Shown here in pieces: positions 1 through 9,422 of a stretch of DNA of 60,929 nucleotides. This DNA comes from Anaerolineae bacterium. GTDB lineage: Bacteria > Chloroflexota > Anaerolineae > B4-G1. A program made the position numbers and the translations under genes. A model generated the notes under the pieces. That model saw only the letters and a list, made by a program, of their open reading frames with translations. It was not told the DNA's origin and ran no database searches. The stretch lies in NCBI GenBank assembly GCA_035531135.1, contig DATKTN010000171.1:1-60929 (forward strand), read 5' to 3'. How positions within the stretch are numbered: position 1 is the stretch's first letter; each line of letters opens with the position of its first letter.

Positions 1-2
1 CC

Positions 3-959
3 GGCGTCTATGCCCTGAGGGTCGAGAACCCCGATGGACAGTCGGATATTCTCTCGCCAGCCTACGTCGTACTCAGCCCGGTCACGACGCTGGAGACAGG
101 TGACTTGGTGACCTTCGGTACAGCCCCCACTTCGCCAGCCAACGGCGACAACGATCAGGTACAGGTCGTCTTTTTCGAAATTCCGGATACAGTCACAGAT
201 ACCCTCTACATCCGTATCCTGGACCCCGACGTAGGCGGGAGCGGTGCATTCGACGAGCAGCAAGGCGGAAGTTGGAACACCGCCACGAACTTTGGCCTGT
301 ATGGAGGCAGCGGCGCCTACGATCCTGCCGCCCGCCGGGCCACGTTCGCCACGACATCAGATCCCGGCATCCGCAGTGGCAGTCTGATCATCAGCCGGAC
401 GTTCGCGGTCAGCAACACTTGGGAAGGAGCCTGGTACTTGCTTGCTGCGATCAACCCCAATCAGGGGGAAGCGGTGGGTAACAAGCGCGTCTTCAAGCTG
501 TCGGTGGTGGGTGCCAACGGCGGCGACGATGGCAATCGGTACAACGTGGCATTGAGCACCGACCCCCTGGCGAACGTGCTGCCAGCGGGCAGTCGGATCT
601 TTGCCTATTCGTGGACGGTCCCGCTGCCCCGGAGTACCTCTCAGCGGATGTACCCGTACGTGCGTACAGGGGCACCGTTCTTTGTGCAGTATAACTGGGA
701 CATGGACGGCGCTTCCGGCACTATGACGCTGCTCACGCCGATACGAAGCATCAACGTACCGGGGAGTGGCATCTCTGGCAATGGTGTCGAAGCTTCGTCT
801 AGCTACAGGGTTGATGCCAGCGAAGATGGAGCCACGTGGACCGTGACGATGAACTTTTTCACCGCTGGACCGTGGGATGACCTCACCTTCTGGGCCGAGG
901 ATGGGGCTGGAGCTGCTCTGGCGATGTTCACTCGCCCAACGATGAGCTCGCCACCCTAG
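3..959 (+). CDS. 5'-truncated secreted/surface protein; ends an IPT/TIG-like domain followed by an uncharacterised beta-rich domain
   Basis: Frame is open from base 3 (GVYALRVENPDGQSDILSPAYVV, resembling an IPT/TIG domain end) into ORF 105..959; start lies outside the window. Confidence 0.6.
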   Translation, partial: GVYALRVENPDGQSDILSPAYVVLSPVTTLETGDLVTFGTAPTSPANGDNDQVQVVFFEIPDTVTDTLYIRILDPDVGGSGAFDEQQGGSWNTATNFGLYGGSGAYDPAARRATFATTSDPGIRSGSLIISRTFAVSNTWEGAWYLLAAINPNQGEAVGNKRVFKLSVVGANGGDDGNRYNVALSTDPLANVLPAGSRIFAYSWTVPLPRSTSQRMYPYVRTGAPFFVQYNWDMDGASGTMTLLTPIRSINVPGSGISGNGVEASSSYRVDASEDGATWTVTMNFFTAGPWDDLTFWAEDGAGAALAMFTRPTMSSPP

Positions 960-1011
960 CTTTTCCAGAGGGTACGTGATACTCGCTGACTTGACCGTCG
1001 TCGCGATCGTA

Positions 1012-1050
1012 GAGAGCCGGACCATCTGTAGACGTCCGGCTCTCGGGTTT
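1012..1050. terminator. Hairpin between convergent genes
   Basis: 10-bp stem gagagccgga/tccggctctc (1012-1044), followed by gggttt; U-tract is weak. Confidence 0.45.
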
Positions 1051-1069
1051 CTGGCTGTCCTCGTTGGCT

Positions 1070-2620
1070 TCAGCGAGCTGCTGGGGGAAGAGGCGTGGGC
1101 GTGGCAAGTGAACCAGGGTACCAATAGGCCCTGGTCGCGACGCACGGGTCATAGTTGGAACCGAGTATCACGCGAAAGTCCACCGCGCTGCCCTCGGTCG
1201 GCTGGGAGATGACGTCGCTGTTGTTGTGCCCGTAGAGGCGTGTCAGCCAGGCGATAGCCGAGCCCTTCGCACTCGTGGTGAAATCCACGATCTGCGTGCG
1301 CAGATAAGTCCCGTCGGCCCGGCCGACGTTCACGACCTCGAAGCCCTCCCATCGCAACCGTTCGGCCGCCACGTGGCCCAGACCCTCGTAGGGGGTGGCA
1401 TTCCATACCTCGACCCGGAAGGCGCGCTGCAGCGCACGGGCGCTGGCCGGCGGCGCTAGCGCCTCGTTGATCAGCGGGCCAAGGGCCTCGTAATAGGGAA
1501 CCAGGACATAGGCCCCATTGGGCGCGGTCCAGGATTGCACGACGCTCCGTTCCACGAAACGACTCTTCACGTTTATCATATCCAGCCGTGAGCCGATGGC
1601 CCCCAAATACAGCAGTTCGTCCAACCCCAGATCGGTTGAGACGGTCTCGTTGAGCGCCCCCCACAGTTGAGGGATCTTGGGGATGATGTCCAGAGTCATG
1701 ATCTGGTGATACAAGCCCCGTAGCACTTGCTGCTGGCGGCGGTTGCGGTCAAAGTCGCTGGTACTCCAGCGGGAGCGGGCATACCAGAGCGCATGTTTGC
1801 CCTCTAGTCGGTGGATGCCTGGCAGCCAGTCCACCTCAGTCTGACCGGTGGACGAGTCAGGGTCGGGGAAGGTGTCCGACAGGGGGCATTCCACAGCTAC
1901 ATCCACTCCTCCCAGTGCATCCACGATCTTGATGAAGCCATCGAACCCGACCCGCGCATAGTAATGAATGCGTATCCCGAGGTTATACTCGATGGTAGCC
2001 TTGATCAACCCTGGGCCGCCACCAGGGTAGCCGTTGCGCTCTCCGCGGCTGTAGGCAGTGTTGATCTTGTCGAAGCCGTGGCTGGGTATCCACGCATAAA
2101 AATCGCGGGGGATGGAGAGAAGTGCGACCGAGGGTAGGTCGGGATTGACGCTGACGACGACGATGGTATCGGTACGTCCTACGCTTTCCGTGGAGGTTTG
2201 GTCGGAGCCCAGTACGAGGACATTGATCACACCGCTGGACTGTTCCACCAGCGGCATCGGCGCTGGCATAGGGAACGGCTGAGGCGTGGAATTCGTGGCG
2301 GTCAGGATAGGAGATGGTGCGGGCAATGCAGACGGCGGGTGGGGCGTGGGACTGGGTGTGGAGGTGCGGGTGGGCGTGGGTGTAGAGGTGGGGGTATGGG
2401 TGGGCGCCTGGGTAGGTGTGACTGTCGGCGTGGGCGTCTCTGTGGGCGGGACTGATGGCAGGACGGCAGGCGCAACGGTAGGGGTTGCTGTGGCAAGCGC
2501 CTGGGCAACTTCAGGTGCGGCGGTGATGACCCAGCGACTGACCCCAATCGCCAGTGCCAGGATGACGATCAAGGTCAGTCCCTCGGAAAGATGGTTCAGA
2601 GAACGGTGCATGTTATTCAA
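1070..2620 (-). CDS. LCP (LytR-CpsA-Psr) family glycopolymer transferase with C-terminal LytR_C domain
   Basis: N-terminal TM, PT-rich linker, NVLVLGSD, GRTDTI, LSIPRD, KINTAY, ARSR...DFDRNRRQQ; C-terminal VEVWNAT...VILGSNY. Confidence 0.93.
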   Translation of the reverse strand: MNNMHRSLNHLSEGLTLIVILALAIGVSRWVITAAPEVAQALATATPTVAPAVLPSVPPTETPTPTVTPTQAPTHTPTSTPTPTRTSTPSPTPHPPSALPAPSPILTATNSTPQPFPMPAPMPLVEQSSGVINVLVLGSDQTSTESVGRTDTIVVVSVNPDLPSVALLSIPRDFYAWIPSHGFDKINTAYSRGERNGYPGGGPGLIKATIEYNLGIRIHYYARVGFDGFIKIVDALGGVDVAVECPLSDTFPDPDSSTGQTEVDWLPGIHRLEGKHALWYARSRWSTSDFDRNRRQQQVLRGLYHQIMTLDIIPKIPQLWGALNETVSTDLGLDELLYLGAIGSRLDMINVKSRFVERSVVQSWTAPNGAYVLVPYYEALGPLINEALAPPASARALQRAFRVEVWNATPYEGLGHVAAERLRWEGFEVVNVGRADGTYLRTQIVDFTTSAKGSAIAWLTRLYGHNNSDVISQPTEGSAVDFRVILGSNYDPCVATRAYWYPGSLATPTPLPPAAR

Positions 2621-2627
2621 GGGTGGT

Positions 2628-3659
2628 TCATCCGGAGGGGGTAGCGGTGGGTGTCGGCGTGTGCGTGGAGGTGGGAGGCTCCGTTGGGCTGGGTGTCGGC
2701 GTGTGTGTGGATGTAGGAATCTCTGTCGGGGTGGATGTTGGCGTGAAGGTGGGCGTCACGGTGGGACCTGGAGTTTCAGTGGGTGTGGGGGTGTAGGTTG
2801 GGGTATGAGTCGTGGTGCCCGTCAAGGTGGGAGTAGCTGTGAACGTGGGATAAGTCGTGGCGGTCGGGGACTGGGTAAGAACAGGTGTCTGCGTAGGAGT
2901 GGGAGTATGGGTCTCGGTGGGTACGGGCGTGTACGGGAGGGTGGGAGTGTCGGGAGGGGGCGGGGTTGGGGTGGGCGTGGATGGTAGTTTGGGGAGGTAG
3001 AGCGCGTGGCCGGCCAGGATGGTGTAACCAGGCAGGCAATTGGCTCGCCGAATAGCCTCAATACCGGCGCCGGAACGCAAAGAAAGAGAATAGAGCGTAT
3101 CCCCTGGCCGCACAATATACACAACCCAGCCGAGAGGCGGACCACAGGGCCACGGCGTAGGGCTGGCGTAAAAGACAGGTGGCAGGTAAATCTGCTGGCC
3201 TGGATGGATGGCCGATATGTTCAAGCAGTTCGCCTCCATCAACGCAAGTGTGGTAATGCCAGCCCGCCAGGCCAGGCCGGTGAGCGTGTCACCCTGCTGC
3301 ACGGTGTAGACAAACCAGCCCGGCGGTTGTGGGCAACTAGGCATCAAGGGCAGGGGCGAGGTAGGGGACGGGGACGGAGGTAACGCTGGCCCAACGGCCG
3401 TTTCTGTTGCAGATGGCGGAGGAGATGGGGACATCGTGGGGGAAGGCGCAGAGGTGCCCGCGGGCAGAATCGGTGTGGGCGAGGGGAAGGACACAGCACC
3501 TGCCTGGGTCGGCAGTGGGCGCCTGTCTGACGTATCAAGCTGGCTCAGCAGGAAACTGCCCAGCAGCATGCCCACGCTGATGAGTGTGATAACAACGCTC
3601 CCAAGCATTTGCCGTATCCCATTGGCTCGGCCTGTACTGGGGCGCATTTGCTCGCTCAC
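2628..3659 (-). CDS. Membrane-anchored protein with two LysM domains and PT-rich tails
   Basis: [13 protein letters not shown]...[10 protein letters not shown] and [13 protein letters not shown]...[10 protein letters not shown]; N-terminal TM. Confidence 0.92.
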   Translation of the reverse strand: MSEQMRPSTGRANGIRQMLGSVVITLISVGMLLGSFLLSQLDTSDRRPLPTQAGAVSFPSPTPILPAGTSAPSPTMSPSPPPSATETAVGPALPPSPSPTSPLPLMPSCPQPPGWFVYTVQQGDTLTGLAWRAGITTLALMEANCLNISAIHPGQQIYLPPVFYASPTPWPCGPPLGWVVYIVRPGDTLYSLSLRSGAGIEAIRRANCLPGYTILAGHALYLPKLPSTPTPTPPPPDTPTLPYTPVPTETHTPTPTQTPVLTQSPTATTYPTFTATPTLTGTTTHTPTYTPTPTETPGPTVTPTFTPTSTPTEIPTSTHTPTPSPTEPPTSTHTPTPTATPSG

Positions 3660-6016
3660 TGTTGCCTCCCCGCCTCACTGGAAGTGGTCTCTGACAGCCG
3701 GTCACGATCGTCCTCGAATGAGAGCGGCAAGATGAAACTGAAGGTGCTGCCTACTCCCATCTCGCTTTCCACCCAGATGCGCCCTCCTTGTGCTTCCACC
3801 AGCGACTTGGCGGTGGACATACCGGCCCCGGTATCGCCCAGCCCGGCGATGGGGGAATTGTCGGCCCGGTGGAGGTGCTGGAAGACCCGGCGTTGGTCCT
3901 CGAGGGCTATGCCGCCGCCTGTATCGGTCACGGATACGAACAGGTAGTCGGGCAGGCCCTCAACCTGGTCATCGTACTCTTCCAGCCGGGCACGGATCAG
4001 AATCTCTGTACCAGGCTCTGAGGATTGACAGGCGTTAGATAGAAGGTGCTGTACGATCTGATAGAGACTATCTCGGTCCGCGTGCACGTGTGGCAGCTCG
4101 GACGGCATGTCCATTTGCATTGTCAGTTCGTGTTCGCTGAACTGGGCAGACAACGACATGATTGCATCCTCGATGACGTTGATCACGTCAACCAACTCGG
4201 GCGCAAGTGAGATTTGCCCGGCATCCACGGCGGTGATCTTGACCAGATCACTGAGCAGCCCGTCCATACGCTCGATGTTGGCCTTGATCCGTTGCAGGAT
4301 CTGGCGCTGCTTCGCTCCGAGGATGCCCATGGACTCGCCCAGCAGCAGATTTGTGTAATCAGAGATCGAGTTCATTGGGGTGCTCAGATCGCTCAGCTCA
4401 ATGCCGCCGCAGCCACCATCAGCGGGTTGCGCAGGCAGGGCTGACGGCGCCTTGCTTAGTGCCTCCTGCAGTTCGGCCTGTACCTGTGCCAGTTGGTTCT
4501 GCAAATCGTCCTTTGAGTGGGTGAGTTGTTCTGCCTGCTCTTTCCATTCGGCTAACTTGGCTTCCAGCGTGGCCCGAGCCTCCGCCAAATCGCGTATCTC
4601 TTCCTGCCAGATGATGGCTTCCGCCACAGGCTGGTTCTGAGTTGCGGCTTCCTGCTCTCGCAGACGCAGTCTGGTAGCCAATTCCTCAGCTCGCTGGTGT
4701 TGTTGCTCCAGTTCAGCTTCAAGTTCAGCCACTCGTCGCGCCAGACGGCGTGTCTCGCCAAGGGCTTTTCGTAACTCGGCACTGCGGTCGGTGCTCTCCC
4801 GCCGGAAGGCGTTGGCCAGCGACGTCGTTATGGCTGCACCCACGGCTTGCAAGACCTGTTCGTCGCGCATCGTCCAACCCTGCTGGGAGACCGGGTTTCC
4901 AGCCAGCATGACACCCGCCAGGGTACTCCCATCAACCAGGGGCAGCACCAACAGGGGTCCAGGTCGGTCGAAACCCAGGCGGCGATACAGCGCAGCGATC
5001 GTGGGGTCCTTGTGCGGCGCGCGAGCACGCTGCAGATGACCCGTCTGGAGCGCAGTGGCCAACAAGGGATGTCTAGATGCAAGCAACATCGGTTCTTGGT
5101 GTGCGAGCATCGCGCCGGTCGACGGGTGAAGCGCGACGATGCGTATCCCCTTGGCAGGTCCAGGGGCCGGGAGGCCAACGGCGACCGTGTCGGCTCCTAG
5201 CGCATGAGCGACACTTGAGGCGGCCAACTTTAAAGCAGCCTCGGTGTCTCGGTTCGCCTCGATGCGCTGGATGGCCTCAAGGATGTTGGCCATCCTCAGA
5301 GCGGTGTCCGCATTGGTGGCTGGAGACGCAGTCAACACGTGGCGATACACGAGGCTGGCCAGCAACGGCAGCGCAGCCAGGTTAGCCAGTCGCACCCACC
5401 CGGCGGTGTGGGAATCGGTGAATGGCACGGTGAACTGCAGCGCGTGGCCCACGCTCCAGAGGGCAAACAGACAGGTTGCCAGTCCCCAATCATCCTCGCG
5501 CCAGATCACACCGGCGATGAGAGCCAGCCCGAGAACTGATAGGGCGGAGAACTCCCACACCATCTCCTGCCAATACCCGTTGTAGGCAATGCCCTGGGCT
5601 TCGGCCTGTGGCCATAGGGCAGCAAAGGCCGCATAGACCCCTGCGGTGCCCAGGAGCATGAGAAGCAGGAGCGTTACACCCAGGCGCGCGTGGCGCCCCA
5701 GGATCGGCAGAAACGTCCAGACAGCCAGTAACAGCGTGGCAAAGTCGAGGAAACGCTCAAGGGGGGGCAACACGATGTTCGGTGATAGCACGCCGATCCG
5801 GTCAAGTGCGGCGACGAGCATCAACAGTGCGCGTGCGAGGACAAAGCCTGCCCCGGTCACCAGCAGCCGTATTGCAGCCGGGTCACGGCGGTGGCGATAC
5901 CAATGCCCGAATGCCATTCCCAGGACAAGCTGAATAGCGAACAATGTGACCAGGTGATAGACCAGGTCACCAGGTGGGACCGTGATTAGTCCAATCAGAT
6001 CTCTCACAAGCACCAT
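3656..6016 (-). CDS. Membrane GAF/coiled-coil histidine-kinase-like protein lacking the H-box histidine
   Basis: Multi-TM N-terminus, GAF-like region, long coiled coil, HATPase_c boxes (LLSNA, DTGGGI, GSTFSF); H-box reads ELSDLSTPM. Start placed at ATG 6016. Confidence 0.82.
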   Translation of the reverse strand: MVLVRDLIGLITVPPGDLVYHLVTLFAIQLVLGMAFGHWYRHRRDPAAIRLLVTGAGFVLARALLMLVAALDRIGVLSPNIVLPPLERFLDFATLLLAVWTFLPILGRHARLGVTLLLLMLLGTAGVYAAFAALWPQAEAQGIAYNGYWQEMVWEFSALSVLGLALIAGVIWREDDWGLATCLFALWSVGHALQFTVPFTDSHTAGWVRLANLAALPLLASLVYRHVLTASPATNADTALRMANILEAIQRIEANRDTEAALKLAASSVAHALGADTVAVGLPAPGPAKGIRIVALHPSTGAMLAHQEPMLLASRHPLLATALQTGHLQRARAPHKDPTIAALYRRLGFDRPGPLLVLPLVDGSTLAGVMLAGNPVSQQGWTMRDEQVLQAVGAAITTSLANAFRRESTDRSAELRKALGETRRLARRVAELEAELEQQHQRAEELATRLRLREQEAATQNQPVAEAIIWQEEIRDLAEARATLEAKLAEWKEQAEQLTHSKDDLQNQLAQVQAELQEALSKAPSALPAQPADGGCGGIELSDLSTPMNSISDYTNLLLGESMGILGAKQRQILQRIKANIERMDGLLSDLVKITAVDAGQISLAPELVDVINVIEDAIMSLSAQFSEHELTMQMDMPSELPHVHADRDSLYQIVQHLLSNACQSSEPGTEILIRARLEEYDDQVEGLPDYLFVSVTDTGGGIALEDQRRVFQHLHRADNSPIAGLGDTGAGMSTAKSLVEAQGGRIWVESEMGVGSTFSFILPLSFEDDRDRLSETTSSEAGRQQ

Positions 6017-6125
6017 TGCCAGTCGGTTACCTGCTGCCCACCTCCTGCGGTGGGCGGCCTCCCCAATCAAATGCGATTGTACACCAGACTCAGGCGGCGG
6101 TCAACTCACTGTCACGCGGCTGGCT

Positions 6126-7121
6126 TTAACCACGATGTCGCTCCGGTCGTCCGGCGCTGCGGTCCAGGCCTGATTCGCTGTGATCCGGTGACCGCGGCTC
6201 CAGGACGAGGCGCCACGAGCCCATCAGCGGTTCCTCGTCGTCCTCAAGCGGGCAGGGCTCGATCTGTAGGTCAGTGACCAGTGGCATCCCCAGTTCGCCG
6301 ATGCCGAGCACGTAGCTTGTACCCGGTTCAGCGTTGAAATCCGCATATCCTGCTCCGTTCTGGGGTTTGAGCCCGGTCACGGCCCGGTCGGCTCCGCCGG
6401 GCCACAAGAGCCAGACATCTACCCCGGCTAGTCCTGCCCCGCGCTCATCCTTCAAGAGCACCTCGATACGCGGCACCTGCCCCGGTTCGCAGATCTGCTC
6501 TTGCTTGGCCAACTGCAAGCGGGCCAGAAGCGGGGGCGTCGGAGTGGGAGGAGGAGGGGTGTGTGTTGGCTCGGAGGTGGGAGTGGTCAACGGTGACGTG
6601 TCACGAGACACAGGTGTCGACGTATGAGTGGGCGTCGGAGTGGGAATAGTTGGAGACGGCGAGGCACGCGGGGTGGACGTGAGAGTCGGCGTCGGAGTAG
6701 ATGTGGGTGATGGGTATGGCGTGCGAACAGGTGACCGTGGTGACGACGTCGGTGCGTATAGGTACACCAACATCGCTGGTGTGTGTACGTCCAATGCCTT
6801 GGCCAGTGTGGTCAGGCTGCGCAGGGTGTCCGCAGGACGACCTGCAGCGGCATACTCTTCGATCAGTGCCTGTATCACGCCCGCCACGTCCTCCTGCTTG
6901 AGCCCGTCCAGCCGCGCGCGGGCCCGCTCCAGGTCGCCATCGGCTACGTACGACAGTGCCGCCAGGCGCACCCAGCCCCGGCGGTAGTCAGTGCGCAGTA
7001 ACGCCGGGTGCGTGTTAACAAGCTCTACGGGAGCAATGACCCAGGTGTACAACAGGCCCAGCGCGAGCCCAATCACCAGGCCGATGACGCCCGTCACCTG
7101 GCGCGTGGAGAAGCCGCTCAT
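6126..7121 (-). CDS. Hypothetical membrane-anchored protein (paralog A) with PT-rich linker and C-terminal beta-sandwich-like domain
   Basis: TM, then THPALLRTDYRRGWVRLAALSY...DLERARARL; overlaps upstream gene by 4 nt. Confidence 0.8.
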   Translation of the reverse strand: MSGFSTRQVTGVIGLVIGLALGLLYTWVIAPVELVNTHPALLRTDYRRGWVRLAALSYVADGDLERARARLDGLKQEDVAGVIQALIEEYAAAGRPADTLRSLTTLAKALDVHTPAMLVYLYAPTSSPRSPVRTPYPSPTSTPTPTLTSTPRASPSPTIPTPTPTHTSTPVSRDTSPLTTPTSEPTHTPPPPTPTPPLLARLQLAKQEQICEPGQVPRIEVLLKDERGAGLAGVDVWLLWPGGADRAVTGLKPQNGAGYADFNAEPGTSYVLGIGELGMPLVTDLQIEPCPLEDDEEPLMGSWRLVLEPRSPDHSESGLDRSAGRPERHRG

Positions 7122-7507
7122 GGCCGATCCTCCACATACGGGATCAGCGTTGGACTGTTAGCTCCCAGTGCCTGGGCCAGGCGCACCAGGCGGGTGACGT
7201 CCTCGGCGCTGCCGCCCGCTTCGACGAGCCGCTCCGCCAGTTCGATCACAGGCGTGGATGGCTCCTCCGGGTCGAGCAATTTCAGCCACTCGCGAGCCTG
7301 TTCAAGATCCTGCTCGACCTCGTAAGCGGCTGCGACCATCGCGACGTAGTCGTCGTGATAGTCCTGGCGTAACACGTCCGGCGCGGTGTTCGTGTACTGC
7401 ACCGGCCAGAACCACCAGCCGACAGCAAATCCCAGCGTCAGCCCCGCCGCAATGCCGGCAGCAGCCCGCGTGACCCACTTTGGTAGAAGGCGTGCTCGCT
7501 TGCTCAC
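7118..7507 (-). CDS. Hypothetical membrane-anchored protein (paralog B)
   Basis: TM, then TAPDVLRQDYHDDYVAMVAAAY...DLEQAREWL; GTG 7507 follows AGGAGG closely. The ORF-track extension to 7690 overlaps the tRNA. Confidence 0.75.
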   Translation of the reverse strand: MSKRARLLPKWVTRAAAGIAAGLTLGFAVGWWFWPVQYTNTAPDVLRQDYHDDYVAMVAAAYEVEQDLEQAREWLKLLDPEEPSTPVIELAERLVEAGGSAEDVTRLVRLAQALGANSPTLIPYVEDRP

Positions 7508-7531
7508 GACCTCCTGGCTCCAGCATTCCCT

Positions 7532-7580
7532 AAAAAAAAGCGGCGTTTTAGGGCGCGTACCCCGCCCGCGGACGCCGCTT
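7532..7580 (-). terminator. Intrinsic terminator of tRNA-Leu
   Basis: Minus strand: stem aagcggcgt/acgccgctt followed by a T run. Confidence 0.75.
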
Positions 7581-7613
7581 ATGGACCTTCGGCCCGGTCC
7601 TGATTCGGTCAGG

Positions 7614-7696
7614 TGCCGGAGGTGGGAATCGAACCCACATGGGCTAAGCCCACACGATTTTGAGTCGCGCGCGTCTGCCTGTTCCGCCACTCCGGC
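7614..7696 (-). tRNA. tRNA-Leu(CAA)
   Basis: Acceptor GCCGGAG/CTCCGGC, anticodon loop ctCAAaa, long variable arm, GTTCGATTC; CCA not encoded. Confidence 0.96.
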
Positions 7697-7704
7697 TCGG
7701 AGAA

Positions 7705-7733
7705 AGTATACCAGAGAATGAGATTCTGGTCAA
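7705..7733 (-). promoter_or_regulatory. Sigma70-type promoter of tRNA-Leu
   Basis: TTGACC-17 nt-TATACT. Confidence 0.75.
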
Positions 7734-7760
7734 CTGCTTCTACGCGGCACTATGTTGACG

Positions 7761-9278
7761 CTACTCCTCCGCCTCCTGGCAAAGTCGAATGCCTTGCAGG
7801 GCGTTGACCTCCTCCGGATCTATCTGGAGAGCTGCGTCAAAGAGCGGGTACGACTGTTCGCACTGTGCCATGTAAAAGTAGGCCAGGCCCAGCGTGTAAA
7901 AGTACTCGATCCGGGGTCCCTCGACCCACCCGGTTTCAAGCTGGGCCTCCACGCGTCCATCGCTCTGGACCCGGACCCGCCCGGTGCTCAGTGGATCTCC
8001 TGAGAGTGCGTTGACTCCCTCGAACCAGCCAACGTACGTCTGCCCGTACTTTGGTTTGGGTATGCCTGCCAGCGATATGGTGTACTTTCCTGTCTGCGTG
8101 TAAAGTGTCACCGTGCCGCGGGCGTTGGCCCACGCCTCGTCGTACTCGGCAGTCGGCTTGAGCGTGGCCTGCAGCGTATCCCGTTTGCCCGCTGATGGGG
8201 ATACAAACTCACCGCGCATCACGATGTCTGGTGACGGTCCAGAAGTGTCGTCACCGGGACGCTCAATCGTGACGTAAAACGTGTCGGCCTGCTGCCGGGC
8301 CGCGATACAACTCAACTCGATGGCCGGCTTGAAATATTCGATGGCTGACTCATAGTTTCGGCGCGACCAGTAGTTGATCGCCATGTACCCGAATGCCGGC
8401 CCAAACCGTGGGTCGGCCTCTGTCGCCTGCTTGAGGTAAGTCTCGGCTTGGTCAAACTCTCCCAATTGCTGATGCGTCTTCCCCAGTTCGGTGAAGGCGA
8501 CCGCATTGTCTGGATCAATCTCGGTGGCCCGCCGAAAGTTCTGCAGCGCTGCTTCAAAGTCGCCAAGCCCCCGGTAATTCCGCCCAAGTGTGATATGGAT
8601 GTAGGCCAGGTTGGGGTGAATTTCCAATGCCCGCTCGTATTCCTCCACTGCCATCCAGTAGTTGCCCTGAACCTCCAGCACGTAACCATAGTTGCGGTGC
8701 ACGTCCACGCTATGGTCGTCCAACTGCAGAGCAGTCCGAGCGACTTCGACTGCGTCGCCCCAGCGCTGAGCGTCAGCGTACGCCTCGGCCAGATAGGCGT
8801 ACGCCTCGGCGTATGTGGGGTCGAGTTCAATCGCGCGCTTGCAGGCATCAATTGCCTCAGGCACGTCTCCGCTCCAGTCGTAGGCCATGCCCAGGACGGC
8901 CAAGGCGCGCGCATTCTCCGGCGCCATCTCTATCGCCTGTTGACCGCGTTGCACCGCCTCCGCAGTTCGCCCTTCTAGTGCCAGCAACCGCGTCAGTGGG
9001 ATGTACGTCAGCACATCGTTCGGATCAAGTGCAAGAGCTTGCTCGTAGGCAGCGATCGCTTCTGCCAGTTTGCCCTGCAAGTACCACTCTTCTGCTTCGG
9101 CAACGTAGGAAAGCGCCGAGCGCGTCGGCGTAGGGGTGGGGACAAAGGGGATCTCGACCTGCTCCCCCTTGATCATAGCGTAGACGTAGATGCCGGCGCT
9201 GATCAACATCAGCAGGAACAACACACGGATTGGAGACGAGCGACGTTTTTTCCTCCGTATCGTTGGCTCGATGTACAT
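7761..9278 (-). CDS. Membrane-anchored TPR protein with an inserted RskA_C-like domain
   Basis: Basic N-terminus and TM, multiple TPRs (AIAAYEQALALDP etc.), ~130-aa non-TPR insert before the last TPR; start ATG 9278 is approximate. Confidence 0.85.
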   Translation of the reverse strand: MYIEPTIRRKKRRSSPIRVLFLLMLISAGIYVYAMIKGEQVEIPFVPTPTPTRSALSYVAEAEEWYLQGKLAEAIAAYEQALALDPNDVLTYIPLTRLLALEGRTAEAVQRGQQAIEMAPENARALAVLGMAYDWSGDVPEAIDACKRAIELDPTYAEAYAYLAEAYADAQRWGDAVEVARTALQLDDHSVDVHRNYGYVLEVQGNYWMAVEEYERALEIHPNLAYIHITLGRNYRGLGDFEAALQNFRRATEIDPDNAVAFTELGKTHQQLGEFDQAETYLKQATEADPRFGPAFGYMAINYWSRRNYESAIEYFKPAIELSCIAARQQADTFYVTIERPGDDTSGPSPDIVMRGEFVSPSAGKRDTLQATLKPTAEYDEAWANARGTVTLYTQTGKYTISLAGIPKPKYGQTYVGWFEGVNALSGDPLSTGRVRVQSDGRVEAQLETGWVEGPRIEYFYTLGLAYFYMAQCEQSYPLFDAALQIDPEEVNALQGIRLCQEAEE

Positions 9279-9422
9279 TCGCTGGAGCGCCTTTCGCAGG
9301 GTAGAATGAGATGTAATGATAGCATCTTCGTGGCTCAAGTCAAGGTTGCCTGGCTTGTCAGTTGTGGTAGAATGTTCAAAGCAAATCCCGAGATGGCATT
9401 TTCAAGACGGAGGAGGCTTGCT

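Noticed and set aside
2290-3000. DNA-level repeats in Pro/Thr-rich stretches
   Set aside because: Low-complexity PT linkers with varied codons; ordinary for surface proteins of this lineage
7508-7690. N-terminal extension of ORF 7118..7690
   Set aside because: Runs through tRNA-Leu and its terminator
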